32,000 nt of DNA from Pelobacter sp. (GCA_030824515.1 JAVBXN010000046.1:29370-61369), one strand, 5' to 3'; shown: positions 9,463-18,048, counted from the stretch's first letter. Numbers and translations are program-made. The notes: generated by a model from the sequence alone, not told the origin.

Positions 9463-10331
9463 AATCGTTTAAGATAGGTATTTGAAGAGCAAAAGGGTAC
9501 CCGCTCTCCATTTTTCCGAAAAAATTTACCGTTGGGCCCATTACCCGCGTGGGATAACAAAAAGAGAATAATGCTAACAACCGAATAAGGGCTGACACTG
9601 CTACTCTGATTCATTTCCGTCAGAGCTTCACCCGGTTCAACCACATTTATTTGAATATCTGAATCCGGATAATGATTCGAATATTCGTCTGCCAGTGAAC
9701 ATGCAAGACTATTTAAAGCTGCCTTAGATACATTGTACATCCCAAAACCGGGAGTTGAGGCCCATCCTGCACCAGAAGACATAAAAACGACCCTCGCCCT
9801 ATTGGCAGAAAGCATCTGAGGTAAGACCGAACGAGCAAATAGCCACTGAGCCTTTACATTCGTATTCATAACGTTATCCCATAGCAACTCATCTCCATCC
9901 TGCAGGGGATATTCGTTAAAATGTTTTCCTGAAACCGCAGCACAGATTACAAGCCCATGAAGCGAAGGCGTGCAATCTTGTATTTTCGAAACAAGAATTT
10001 TCAATTCATCGGAATTTGTAATATCTGAAGGAAGGAGAGTGAAATTACTTTTTGCGACACCGAACAAGCGACATGCTTCATCAACAGTTTCCTCCAGTTT
10101 CTCGATTCGTCTTCCCGTAAGAAACACTCTGGAATCTGCAGCAGCAAGCACGGCAGCAACACTGCGACCATAGCCAGTTCCTGCACCTACGACTAAAAAT
10201 GATTTTCCGGCAAGAGTGCTCCAACGTTCTTTTGTGAGCCCAAAAAGATGTTTGTTCCATTCCATAAAATTTGCGGTATCTAGTATGTGGTCAAATACTG
10301 ATACTATTTTGGAAGTTAATGCAAAGCTCAT
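9459..10331 (-). CDS. Short-chain dehydrogenase/reductase (classical SDR)
   Basis: The 290-aa product has the glycine-rich motif VVGAGTGYGRS and the catalytic YNVSK motif. Its ATG lies 2 nt after the wzt stop, with a GAGG ribosome-binding site inside wzt. Confidence 0.85.
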   Translation of the reverse strand: MSFALTSKIVSVFDHILDTANFMEWNKHLFGLTKERWSTLAGKSFLVVGAGTGYGRSVAAVLAAADSRVFLTGRRIEKLEETVDEACRLFGVAKSNFTLLPSDITNSDELKILVSKIQDCTPSLHGLVICAAVSGKHFNEYPLQDGDELLWDNVMNTNVKAQWLFARSVLPQMLSANRARVVFMSSGAGWASTPGFGMYNVSKAALNSLACSLADEYSNHYPDSDIQINVVEPGEALTEMNQSSSVSPYSVVSIILFLLSHAGNGPNGKFFRKNGERVPFCSSNTYLKRL

Positions 10332-10333
10332 AT

Positions 10334-11620
10334 CTATGCCTCACTACTCTGTGGTCGAAATGTATTGTTGACAACACAAATCCCTTCTCTGTTTGCAGGA
10401 ATGTTCCAAGAGGTCTCAAATGGAAGACACTCAATTATAGTAAACTCTTGAGCGTTATCCCAAGTATCTACTCTAGACAAACCTTCAGCAGCGCTTAATT
10501 TGATTGAATACATACCGCTAGTCAATGTCAAAGGCCCAATTTCTATATTAACAGAATGTATGTCGGGATTGAAATATTGCCCATGATGCGGACCAGAAGC
10601 ACCTACAAAAACAAGTATTCCTTGCTCATTATAAATGTAGAATTCGAGACTGTATCGTGTTGTAGGGCACCCAGACAAATCAACCCTTATTGATATAGAG
10701 TCGCCAAAGCGTATCTCTTTGTATTCCTGACAATCCAATCGACTGATAACTGCCCGAGCAATATAAAATGATTTTCCAGCCACAGCTGATTGAGGTCTTT
10801 CAGATATTATTCTGTCACTTTTTAACCCGATACCTGGATTATTATAATAGGCATTAATTATCTGCTCTGTAGATCCTGAAATATGTAAACGTCCGTCAGA
10901 TATAAGTATCGAAAAGTTACACAAAGTGCGTATTGCCCCCATATTATGACTAACAAACAGCACCGTCCGCCCTTCCTTTGCCGACACATCCTCCATTTTC
11001 CCCAAACACTTCTTTTGAAACTGGGCATCCCCAACCGCCAGCACCTCATCGACTATCAATATTTCCGGTTCCAGATGCGCGGCGACCGCAAAAGCCAGCC
11101 GGACATACATCCCTGAGGAATAGCGCTTTACCGGCGTATCCAAAAACTTTTCGATCTCGGCAAAATCCACGATCTCGTCAAATTTTTTCCTGATTTCCGC
11201 CCGTCCCATACCGAGAATGGCGCCATTCAAAAATATATTCTCTCGCCCGGTCAGCTCCGGATGAAAACCGGTCCCCACCTCTAACAAACTGGCAACCCTG
11301 CCTTTTATCCGAACACGCCCGGTAGTAGGTTCAGTAATTCTGCTCAGGATTTTGAGGAGCGTGGATTTACCGGCACCGTTGCGTCCGATTATACCGATCC
11401 GGTCGCCCTGCTTAACGTCAAAAGTGACATCTTTCAGAGCCCAGAAATCTTCTGACGAGGGACCTGATTCAGTGGGAAATTGAAACGGATGGATCAGTCT
11501 TCGGGCGAAAGACTTAAAGCCATCAGCAATAACATCACGCATAGCGGTGTACTGTTCACGCTGCTGATGCCGCAAGGTGTACTTCTTGCCCAGATTTTCA
11601 ACCCTGATGACTGAACTCAT
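10334..11620 (-). CDS. wzt: Polysaccharide/O-antigen ABC exporter ATP-binding protein with a C-terminal glycan-binding-type domain (Wzt-like)
   Basis: The sequence carries Walker A GRNGAGKSTLLK, signature YSSGMYVRLAFA and Walker B ILIVDE. A beta-rich extension of about 170 aa (...YSLEFYIYNEQGILVFVG...MYSIKLSAAEG...) matches the Wzt C-terminal domain in size and position. Confidence 0.85.
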   Translation of the reverse strand: MSSVIRVENLGKKYTLRHQQREQYTAMRDVIADGFKSFARRLIHPFQFPTESGPSSEDFWALKDVTFDVKQGDRIGIIGRNGAGKSTLLKILSRITEPTTGRVRIKGRVASLLEVGTGFHPELTGRENIFLNGAILGMGRAEIRKKFDEIVDFAEIEKFLDTPVKRYSSGMYVRLAFAVAAHLEPEILIVDEVLAVGDAQFQKKCLGKMEDVSAKEGRTVLFVSHNMGAIRTLCNFSILISDGRLHISGSTEQIINAYYNNPGIGLKSDRIISERPQSAVAGKSFYIARAVISRLDCQEYKEIRFGDSISIRVDLSGCPTTRYSLEFYIYNEQGILVFVGASGPHHGQYFNPDIHSVNIEIGPLTLTSGMYSIKLSAAEGLSRVDTWDNAQEFTIIECLPFETSWNIPANREGICVVNNTFRPQSSEA

Positions 11621-11696
11621 CCGGCAAGCAGTACATGCAGCAACATGCGAAAAGAATTTGGCAATCTTATCACGGCTGTAATCCTCATTAAACAGA

Positions 11697-12524
11697 CTAT
11701 ATCACATCAGCAAAGCTACGTTCCATGTTTCTGAAATAGAGCAGGCCACCTATAAACATCAACAAGGTAAAACAGGCAGACAGTGCCAATCCGGGCCAGT
11801 AAACCGGGAATGCGTCTCCCAGGATAGCCCAGCGAAACCCGTCAATCACACCAACCATTGGATTAAGGAAATAAAGCATGCGCCACTTTTCAGGCACTAT
11901 TGCACTGGAAAAACCAACCGGCGATATGTAAAGTCCGAACTGGACCAGAAAAGGCACCACGTAACGGAAATCACGATACTTTACGTTCAGAGCCGACAGC
12001 CACAATCCTGCGCCAAACGATGCCAGGAAAGCAAGGACAAGAAAGAATGGAAGCAATAGCATGCGTACATCGGGCAGATAGCGATACCAGGCCATGACCC
12101 CGAACAGAATCACCAGCGAAATGAAGAAGTCCACCAGGCTGACAATAACCGATCCTGCCGGCACGATCAGTCTCGGGAAATAAACCTTTGTCAGCAGGTT
12201 GGCGTTATCTATCAGAGAATTGCTGCTCTCTGACAGGGAATTGGCAAAGAACTGCCAAGGCAGCATCGCGGCATAGACCATGATCGGATAGGGAACACCA
12301 TTTGAAGGCAGGCCGGCCAATGCTCCGAAAACTATGCTGAACACAATCATGGTCAAAAGCGGCCTGATAACACTCCAGGCAATACCAATGACAGTCTGCT
12401 TGTAGCGCACCAGTATGTCACGCCAGGCCAGGAAAAAAAACAGTTCGCGGTATTTCCAGAGATCACGCCAGTAGCGCCGGATACCGCCACCAGGTTCTAT
12501 GATCAGATCGAAATCATCATTCAT
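11697..12524 (-). CDS. wzm: ABC-2 type polysaccharide exporter permease (Wzm-like)
   Basis: The 275-aa polytopic membrane protein has an N-terminus typical of Wzm/TagG (YRELFFFLAWRDILVRYKQTVIGIAWSVIRPLL). Confidence 0.85.
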   Translation of the reverse strand: MNDDFDLIIEPGGGIRRYWRDLWKYRELFFFLAWRDILVRYKQTVIGIAWSVIRPLLTMIVFSIVFGALAGLPSNGVPYPIMVYAAMLPWQFFANSLSESSNSLIDNANLLTKVYFPRLIVPAGSVIVSLVDFFISLVILFGVMAWYRYLPDVRMLLLPFFLVLAFLASFGAGLWLSALNVKYRDFRYVVPFLVQFGLYISPVGFSSAIVPEKWRMLYFLNPMVGVIDGFRWAILGDAFPVYWPGLALSACFTLLMFIGGLLYFRNMERSFADVI

Positions 12525-13426
12525 CAGCCGTACCTGACTTCTCTGCCACCCAGCAGACCTTTGATTACACCAAGAAAGAAACCGATTCCAAACCTGCCCA
12601 TTTCACGGTTATAGCGCCCTGGTAATAGATACAGCGGAGCATGCCGCATGCAGTTCAAAATCACAAGAATCCACAAAGCCATCGAGTAACGTTTTTGCAA
12701 ACCTGAAAACGACATCCCAACCGCCATTGGTTTATTGAAGTTGCCTACCAGTAATGGAGGGTGAAAGTAGTTCAGTTCGGGAATGTTCAGGCTCTTTTTG
12801 CCGGAAAGCAGAAATCTGATCACAAACTCCACATCTTCCTGGCCGATGAAACTGCTGACAAACCCACCAAGTTCCGCCAGCACCGTGCGACGATAGGCGG
12901 TGCATCTGCTGGTCATAAAAAAGGGGTCATGATAGTCATAATGCCCTTCAATTATCGAATATGAAGCGCTTCCATGCGGTACTAGCGCATCTGCCGACGG
13001 AGCAGCTTCAAATCGTGAAACCATACTTGAGAGGAAATTTCCCTGGAGAAGCACGGTGTCGTCATCCAGAAAAAGGACGTAACGGCCGCGGGAATGAGCC
13101 AGCCCATAATTACGTGAATAGCCCATCCTGCCATAGTTCGCATCAAGCGGCAAATAACGAACCGGAAGATATTCCGAGAACCGATCGGCGACCTCCCGGC
13201 CTTCGGCTGTCCCGCCCCTGTCCTCCACCAGTACTATTTCGAACAATTCACGTGGGAAGTCCTGTTGCTTAATTGAATACAGAATGCCTTCCAGAAGCTT
13301 GATCCGTCCATAAAAATTGATCACGCATGAGACAACGATCCCGTCGGCTTCCCCCGATACGGAGCAATCGCCCCTCACATCAAACGGGAACCTGCGGTAG
13401 AGTGATTTCAGAATGGTTTCACGCAT
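12524..13426 (-). CDS. Glycosyltransferase family 2
   Basis: The sequence VVSCVINFYGRIKLLEGILYSIKQQDFP...VLVEDRGG...LFLDDD carries GT2 motifs. I chose the ATG at 13426 (M20) because the GTG at 13483 would overlap the upstream gene by 37 nt. Confidence 0.8.
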   Translation of the reverse strand: MRETILKSLYRRFPFDVRGDCSVSGEADGIVVSCVINFYGRIKLLEGILYSIKQQDFPRELFEIVLVEDRGGTAEGREVADRFSEYLPVRYLPLDANYGRMGYSRNYGLAHSRGRYVLFLDDDTVLLQGNFLSSMVSRFEAAPSADALVPHGSASYSIIEGHYDYHDPFFMTSRCTAYRRTVLAELGGFVSSFIGQEDVEFVIRFLLSGKKSLNIPELNYFHPPLLVGNFNKPMAVGMSFSGLQKRYSMALWILVILNCMRHAPLYLLPGRYNREMGRFGIGFFLGVIKGLLGGREVRYG

Positions 13427-13446
13427 GAATAATCGCCGTCCGATTC

Positions 13447-14298
13447 TCAACCATATATCCCCCACCCCACCAATACCACCCACGCAAGCCCAACAATCAG
13501 TAATGGTAAATCGCGCGTCAACGATTCCGTCGGATCACCGCCCTTGCCGGTCTGAACCCTCAGAATGTAACGCAGCAAACCAAAGCAGGACAGCGGCACT
13601 GAATAAATCAAGACTGAAGAGTTCCTGGAAAGGACATACATTGTGTAAGTTACAAGAACGGCTCCACCGGTCATATAGATGGTGCCCTCCAGGAATTCCT
13701 TCGGATAGGCAGCAAGCGCCTTGCGATGATGTTTTGCAGAATCCCCCAGGCGCTGTTTTTCGCTCAGGCGTTTACCGGTGCTAAGGAAAATAGACAGCAG
13801 GAATACACTCAGGAACAGCCATTCCGATATCTGAATGCCAAAAGCCGCTCCCCCGGCCTGGAGTCGAAGCAGAAAACCGGCTGAGATACAGAATATATCC
13901 AATAGAACAACCGATTTAAACCTGGTGCTGTAACCGATCGACAATAACAGGTAGGCGACCAGATACGACAGGAAGGGTAATGAAACAGCCCATGCCATGG
14001 CACAGGCACAAAATGCCAGTAAAGCTGCAAGCAGAGACGCAGACCGTATCGGAATCCGCCCGCTGGCGATCGGCCGGTGACGCTTGTCAGGGTGATGGCG
14101 GTCGTTAGCTCTGTCGAGCAGATCGTTGAGGACATAGGAGGCGCTGGAAGCAAAACAGAAGGAAATAAAAGGAAAAATAGCATGGTAAATAAAGCCGGTA
14201 GCCAGAATTTCCCCTCCCAGAAACGGCGGAAAAAACAGCATCAGGTTTTTCAGCCACTGAAGCGGGCGTAGCAACATCAACCATGCTTTCACAGGCAA
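13447..14298 (-). CDS. UbiA-superfamily prenyltransferase, closest in motif and size to decaprenyl-phosphate phosphoribosyltransferase (DPPR synthase)
   Basis: The 283-aa polytopic membrane protein has LRPLQWLKNLMLF at its N-terminus and the Asp-rich motif NDLLDRANDRHHPDKRHRPIASG. The start codon is uncertain: TTG at 14298, GTG at 14292 or ATG at 14277. Confidence 0.7.
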   Translation of the reverse strand: MPVKAWLMLLRPLQWLKNLMLFFPPFLGGEILATGFIYHAIFPFISFCFASSASYVLNDLLDRANDRHHPDKRHRPIASGRIPIRSASLLAALLAFCACAMAWAVSLPFLSYLVAYLLLSIGYSTRFKSVVLLDIFCISAGFLLRLQAGGAAFGIQISEWLFLSVFLLSIFLSTGKRLSEKQRLGDSAKHHRKALAAYPKEFLEGTIYMTGGAVLVTYTMYVLSRNSSVLIYSVPLSCFGLLRYILRVQTGKGGDPTESLTRDLPLLIVGLAWVVLVGWGIYG

Positions 14299-14347
14299 CT
14301 AGACCACGACGATATTATTTTAGTAAAGCTGTTTACGGTGCTGTACA

Positions 14348-15193
14348 TTATCCTTCCAACGCCGCGTCTCTGGATTCTTCCAGCATGGCCTCAAGTTCGA
14401 CAATCTGGGTAGCTGTTATGTCAAGCACTTCTGCTTCCCTGGTGGAGATCAGAACAAGATCCGGATGATGTATCAGTCCAAGTCCGATACGGTTGCAAGC
14501 CAGATTCACGAACCTTACTATAGTCAGCATCTTGTTGACAGTATCCCATTCATCGGCATGGTGATCACGTATCACATCGCAATACATGGAAGGAAAGTTC
14601 CAGTGTTGCATCAGTCGATACCCCTGTTCAACATGCATGACTTCAAAAATCTCCAGAATCAGTTCATCATCAAACATCGAATTTATAACACCGGCCCCAA
14701 CCAGCCGCTCAATCGACTTCAGCAGATAGAGCTTACCCACATCGTGCAGAAGTGCAGCCAGATAGGTTTCATCGGCAACGCCTCTCATTCCGCACGAATG
14801 GGCAAGCCATTTGGCGCCAAGTGCGCAGCCGTGGCTGTGAAGCCAGAGTTCCTTCATATAATGGTCAAGGGCCGGATTGGCGGATGAGTGAACCGAAGCC
14901 TGGGATGCCGCAATAACCAGGTTGATAACTTGCTGTGCTCCGAGCCGGATGACCGCCTCTTTGATTGTGGCTACCTTGGAACGCCCCATGTACATGGGAG
15001 AGTTGGCAATCTTCAGCATCTGGCTGGCCAGTGACATATCTTCGTTGGCCACCTGTGCGACTTCGTCAACTGTAAAATCATAATCAGAAAGCATTTTCTG
15101 GAGTTTCAGGGCAACCGGATGAAATATGGGCAACTCGATCGGCTGAGACGCAAGCAATCTTCTGACCGTTTCAGGGATTGTGGTTGATGTCAT
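14348..15193 (-). CDS. HDOD domain signalling protein
   Basis: The 281-aa product contains ALLHDVGKLYLL and overall HDOD-like helical sequence. An AAGGAG ribosome-binding site lies 5 nt upstream of the ATG. Confidence 0.85.
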   Translation of the reverse strand: MTSTTIPETVRRLLASQPIELPIFHPVALKLQKMLSDYDFTVDEVAQVANEDMSLASQMLKIANSPMYMGRSKVATIKEAVIRLGAQQVINLVIAASQASVHSSANPALDHYMKELWLHSHGCALGAKWLAHSCGMRGVADETYLAALLHDVGKLYLLKSIERLVGAGVINSMFDDELILEIFEVMHVEQGYRLMQHWNFPSMYCDVIRDHHADEWDTVNKMLTIVRFVNLACNRIGLGLIHHPDLVLISTREAEVLDITATQIVELEAMLEESRDAALEG

Positions 15194-15297
15194 AAAAACT
15201 CCTTAGCACAAAATGTAGGCGTAAACACTATATTAATCCACCAACTCTGCGATTTTTGAAAACAAGATCATGCCTGTACAGTTGAACGTTCGGGGTG

Positions 15298-15699
15298 TCA
15301 GCATCCGCAACCGCAGTTATGGCAGACCTTGCGAAACTCGTCAGCTGGCGCTATCGTTTCCGGGGCAAAGGCAATGCGACGCACAGCAATCCTGATATCT
15401 TCCTGAATATCCAGGTTCTGGCTCTTGCCTATAATATGCCCGATACAATGGTTATTATGACCTTCATCGAGAACAGAAAGCTTTACGACATTCAGTAAAT
15501 CAGCATAACTGTTGATCGTGATGGTCGCATTACGGTTCCTGACAAGTTCAAGCTCAACACCCATCTTATTCATATCTTTGGTCAAGGTTTCATAAAAGTT
15601 CTGAAATCCGCAACCTTCAAAATCATACATCCAGTCATTTCTGGCATAATTTCTTTCAAGTATTGTCAACCTGATCTGTTTTGTAGTTTTGCATTCCAT
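15298..15699 (-). CDS. Small Cys/His-rich protein of unknown function ending in CHNCGCGC
   Basis: I chose the ATG at 15699 because GGGAGGA lies 7 nt upstream of it; the first ATG of the ORF, at 15741, has no such site. The 133-aa product contains HNNHCIGH and the C-terminal sequence KVCHNCGCGC followed by the stop. I recognise no family. Confidence 0.6.
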   Translation of the reverse strand: MECKTTKQIRLTILERNYARNDWMYDFEGCGFQNFYETLTKDMNKMGVELELVRNRNATITINSYADLLNVVKLSVLDEGHNNHCIGHIIGKSQNLDIQEDIRIAVRRIAFAPETIAPADEFRKVCHNCGCGC

Positions 15700-15722
15700 T
15701 GATGAATCCTCCCGGATGATCG

Positions 15723-16229
15723 TCAGAATCTGGCCGGACATTCCTGATCCCAGAGTACAAAGCCATCACCCGTAATTCCCAAAAAAGTATCAATTCTGTT
15801 TTTATAGTAATCGTTCTGATCCGCTTCCTGAACCAGAAAGGCCAGTTCGTCTGCCGATATCATATGTTGACTGTGCAGATAGCTGTAAAACGAAACTATT
15901 GCCGACAAATGGCGATCAAGCATCTCCATTTCAGGATCAAGCGTATGCGTTATGAACCAGGAACCGGCAAATTTCCTGATGATGCCGGGTTGCGGGCGGA
16001 CCACGTTCTGACGACCGAAATCGAGCAGGTAGTCGCGCAGGTACAGATCCGCACTGAAAGCCATATCCGAAGCAAGCTCGACTGCCACACCGCGCTGCTG
16101 AAGATAGAGGTAGAAACGGTTGAGAAGCTGCTGACAACGCTGATCCACCAGCAATTCTTCATCAATGGTGTCAAATTCGAAATCATCATATTCAAACTGT
16201 ATGTCGGTAGTCTGTAACTCTGTCATCAA
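15723..16229 (-). CDS. Hypothetical protein with an acidic N-terminus
   Basis: The 168-aa ORF has a GAGAGG ribosome-binding site that overlaps the stop of the upstream aminopeptidase gene. The segment LLNRFYLYLQQRGVAVELASDMAFSADLYLRDYLLDF loosely resembles the integrase core-binding (SAM-like) helical pattern. I can assign no family. Confidence 0.55.
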   Translation of the reverse strand: MMTELQTTDIQFEYDDFEFDTIDEELLVDQRCQQLLNRFYLYLQQRGVAVELASDMAFSADLYLRDYLLDFGRQNVVRPQPGIIRKFAGSWFITHTLDPEMEMLDRHLSAIVSFYSYLHSQHMISADELAFLVQEADQNDYYKNRIDTFLGITGDGFVLWDQECPARF

Positions 16230-16237
16230 GGCCTCTC

Positions 16238-17338
16238 TCAGGCTGGATTAAGTTCAAGAAGATTCCGGTGTACAAACCGGCCGTTTTTCTGGATCAAAAC
16301 ATCATCAAACCAGATTTCACCGTCGGAAAGGATCCGAACCAGATCCCAATGCACCGCCGAGCGGTTGCCGTTGTCGCACTCGTCATAGGCCTGGCCGGGC
16401 GTAAAATGTATCGAGCCAAAGATTTTTTCGTCAAAGAGGATATTGCGCATCGGCCGGCGTATTCCAGGATTGACGCCGATGGCAAATTCGCCGATATAGC
16501 GAGCCCCCTCGTCGGTATCCAGAATCCTGTTGAGCGAAGCGGTCATATCTGACCCGGCGCTGGCCTTGACAATTCTGCCGTCCTTGAACTCAAAGCGGAC
16601 GCCGTTATACTCCTTGCCCTGGTAGATGCTGGGACAGTTGTAGGTAATATACCCCTGAACGGAATTCCTGACCGGAGCGCTGAACACCTCGCCATCCGGC
16701 ATGTTCAGACGGCCGTCGCACTTGATGCCCGGCAACCCCTCGATACTGAAACGGAGATCGGTATCGGGAGCCACTATTCTCACCTGTTTGGCAGCGTCCA
16801 TCAGCTTTTTCAGCTTGTCCTGTTTCCTCGATTCAGCCTTCCAGTCAATGCAACAGGCCGAGAAGAGGTAATCCTCATACTCGTCCAGGCTCATACGGGC
16901 CTCCTGGGCGGCCGCATGGGTCGGATAGCGGGTCACGACCCAGCGGGTGTGCTTGACACGCTGATCTACAAGGGGCCTGGTGAGCTTCTGGTAGGCAACC
17001 ATGGCATCCTGACGGGTGTTGGCCATAACCATCGAGTTGTTGCCGGCCGAGATGCCGATGTAGACCGTAAGGGTCTTGTAAAAATCGAGCTTGTGCTGCG
17101 GAAAATAATTCAACTGCTGTTTATTGGCGCAGTCGTAGAAGTTGCGATCGATCTCCGGCACTGAAAAAGAGTATTCGACGTACTTGGCGCCGCGGGCAAG
17201 ACACAGAGCATACAGTTCTTTGACCAGCGGCATCGCTTCCAGACCGGCGGCGCTTATCAGCACGACATCGCTTTTCTTCACCCTGGTCGAATAATCGACA
17301 AGAACTTCCGCAAATAGCCCTATTCTGGGATCATTCAT
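16238..17338 (-). CDS. Aminopeptidase, peptidase family M29 (AmpS/PepS-like)
   Basis: The 366-aa product carries NMPDGEVFSAP, GEFAIGVN, FDEKIFGSIHFTPG and SAVHWDL, which match the conserved M29 metal and active-site blocks. Confidence 0.85.
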   Translation of the reverse strand: MNDPRIGLFAEVLVDYSTRVKKSDVVLISAAGLEAMPLVKELYALCLARGAKYVEYSFSVPEIDRNFYDCANKQQLNYFPQHKLDFYKTLTVYIGISAGNNSMVMANTRQDAMVAYQKLTRPLVDQRVKHTRWVVTRYPTHAAAQEARMSLDEYEDYLFSACCIDWKAESRKQDKLKKLMDAAKQVRIVAPDTDLRFSIEGLPGIKCDGRLNMPDGEVFSAPVRNSVQGYITYNCPSIYQGKEYNGVRFEFKDGRIVKASAGSDMTASLNRILDTDEGARYIGEFAIGVNPGIRRPMRNILFDEKIFGSIHFTPGQAYDECDNGNRSAVHWDLVRILSDGEIWFDDVLIQKNGRFVHRNLLELNPA

Positions 17339-17367
17339 TGACTAATCCTTTTGTAGCGAGTCCATAC

Positions 17368-18048
17368 TCAGTGCATCATCAGACGTGTGACACCAAGAAC
17401 CAAGCCACTCTGGGGACCGGCCAGCAGGTGCACGCCCAAATTCAGAACCGGTGAAATCACATATGAGAAAAGATTCGTAAAAAATACCAGCACGATGATG
17501 ATAATCATTCCGTACGGCTCAATGCGACTAACATATGCGGCCTGACGGTACGGTAAAAGTCCCATCAACACGCGCCCCCCATCCAGTGGCGGTACCGGGA
17601 TCATATTGAAAATCGCCAGAAGCAGATTAATATAAACCGAAAAGGAGAGCATCATCACCAGCGGTTCAACCAGCATTGAAACCGGTGATGCGGATGCGGC
17701 CGGGTTACCGATGGCAACTATGCCACGCAGAAGAAAAGCAGAAACAGTCGCCAGCAGAATATTGGTGATAGGACCGGCGGCGGCAACCCAGATCATGTCC
17801 CTTTTAGGATTCCTGAGATTCTCATACGTGACCGGCACCGGTTTGGCCCATCCAATGCCTATGAAGAATATCATCAGGGTTCCAATAATATCGATGTGTT
17901 TGATGGGGTTGAGCGTCAGTCGGCCAAGCATGCGTGCGGTCGGATCACCAAAACGCCAGGCAATGTATCCGTGTGAAACCTCATGACAGACGATAGCAAG
18001 CATACCTGGTACAAGCATTACTGAAAGTTTTAGGAAGAAATCTTCCAT
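17368..18048 (-). CDS. Site-2 protease family (M50) membrane metalloprotease
   Basis: The 226-aa polytopic protein has the HExxH motif HEVSHG in its first transmembrane helix and a downstream PLDGGRV motif. Confidence 0.85.
   Translation of the reverse strand: MEDFFLKLSVMLVPGMLAIVCHEVSHGYIAWRFGDPTARMLGRLTLNPIKHIDIIGTLMIFFIGIGWAKPVPVTYENLRNPKRDMIWVAAAGPITNILLATVSAFLLRGIVAIGNPAASASPVSMLVEPLVMMLSFSVYINLLLAIFNMIPVPPLDGGRVLMGLLPYRQAAYVSRIEPYGMIIIIVLVFFTNLFSYVISPVLNLGVHLLAGPQSGLVLGVTRLMMH

Noticed and set aside
12433-12440. An A8/T8 homopolymer inside wzm, considered as a possible slipped-strand phase-variation site.
   Set aside because: It is a single 8-nt tract encoding Phe-Phe-Phe in a membrane helix. 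I have no evidence of variability from one sequence, and the tract is short for efficient slippage.
13809-14183. A 124-aa minus-strand ORF in an alternative frame inside the UbiA-family gene, together with the nested ORFs at 9356..9598, 10001..10186 and 15937..16195.
   Set aside because: They are nested within longer ORFs that carry clear family motifs, and they show no motifs of their own.
15265-15300. Possible selenocysteine read-through of the TGA that ends the CGCGC-tail gene, which would add about 10 codons before the next TGA.
   Set aside because: I could not find a SECIS-like stem-loop downstream. The only symmetric elements are two 8-nt DNA palindromes (CTGTACAG at 15274..15281 and GAACGTTC at 15284..15291), and these cannot form looped RNA hairpins.
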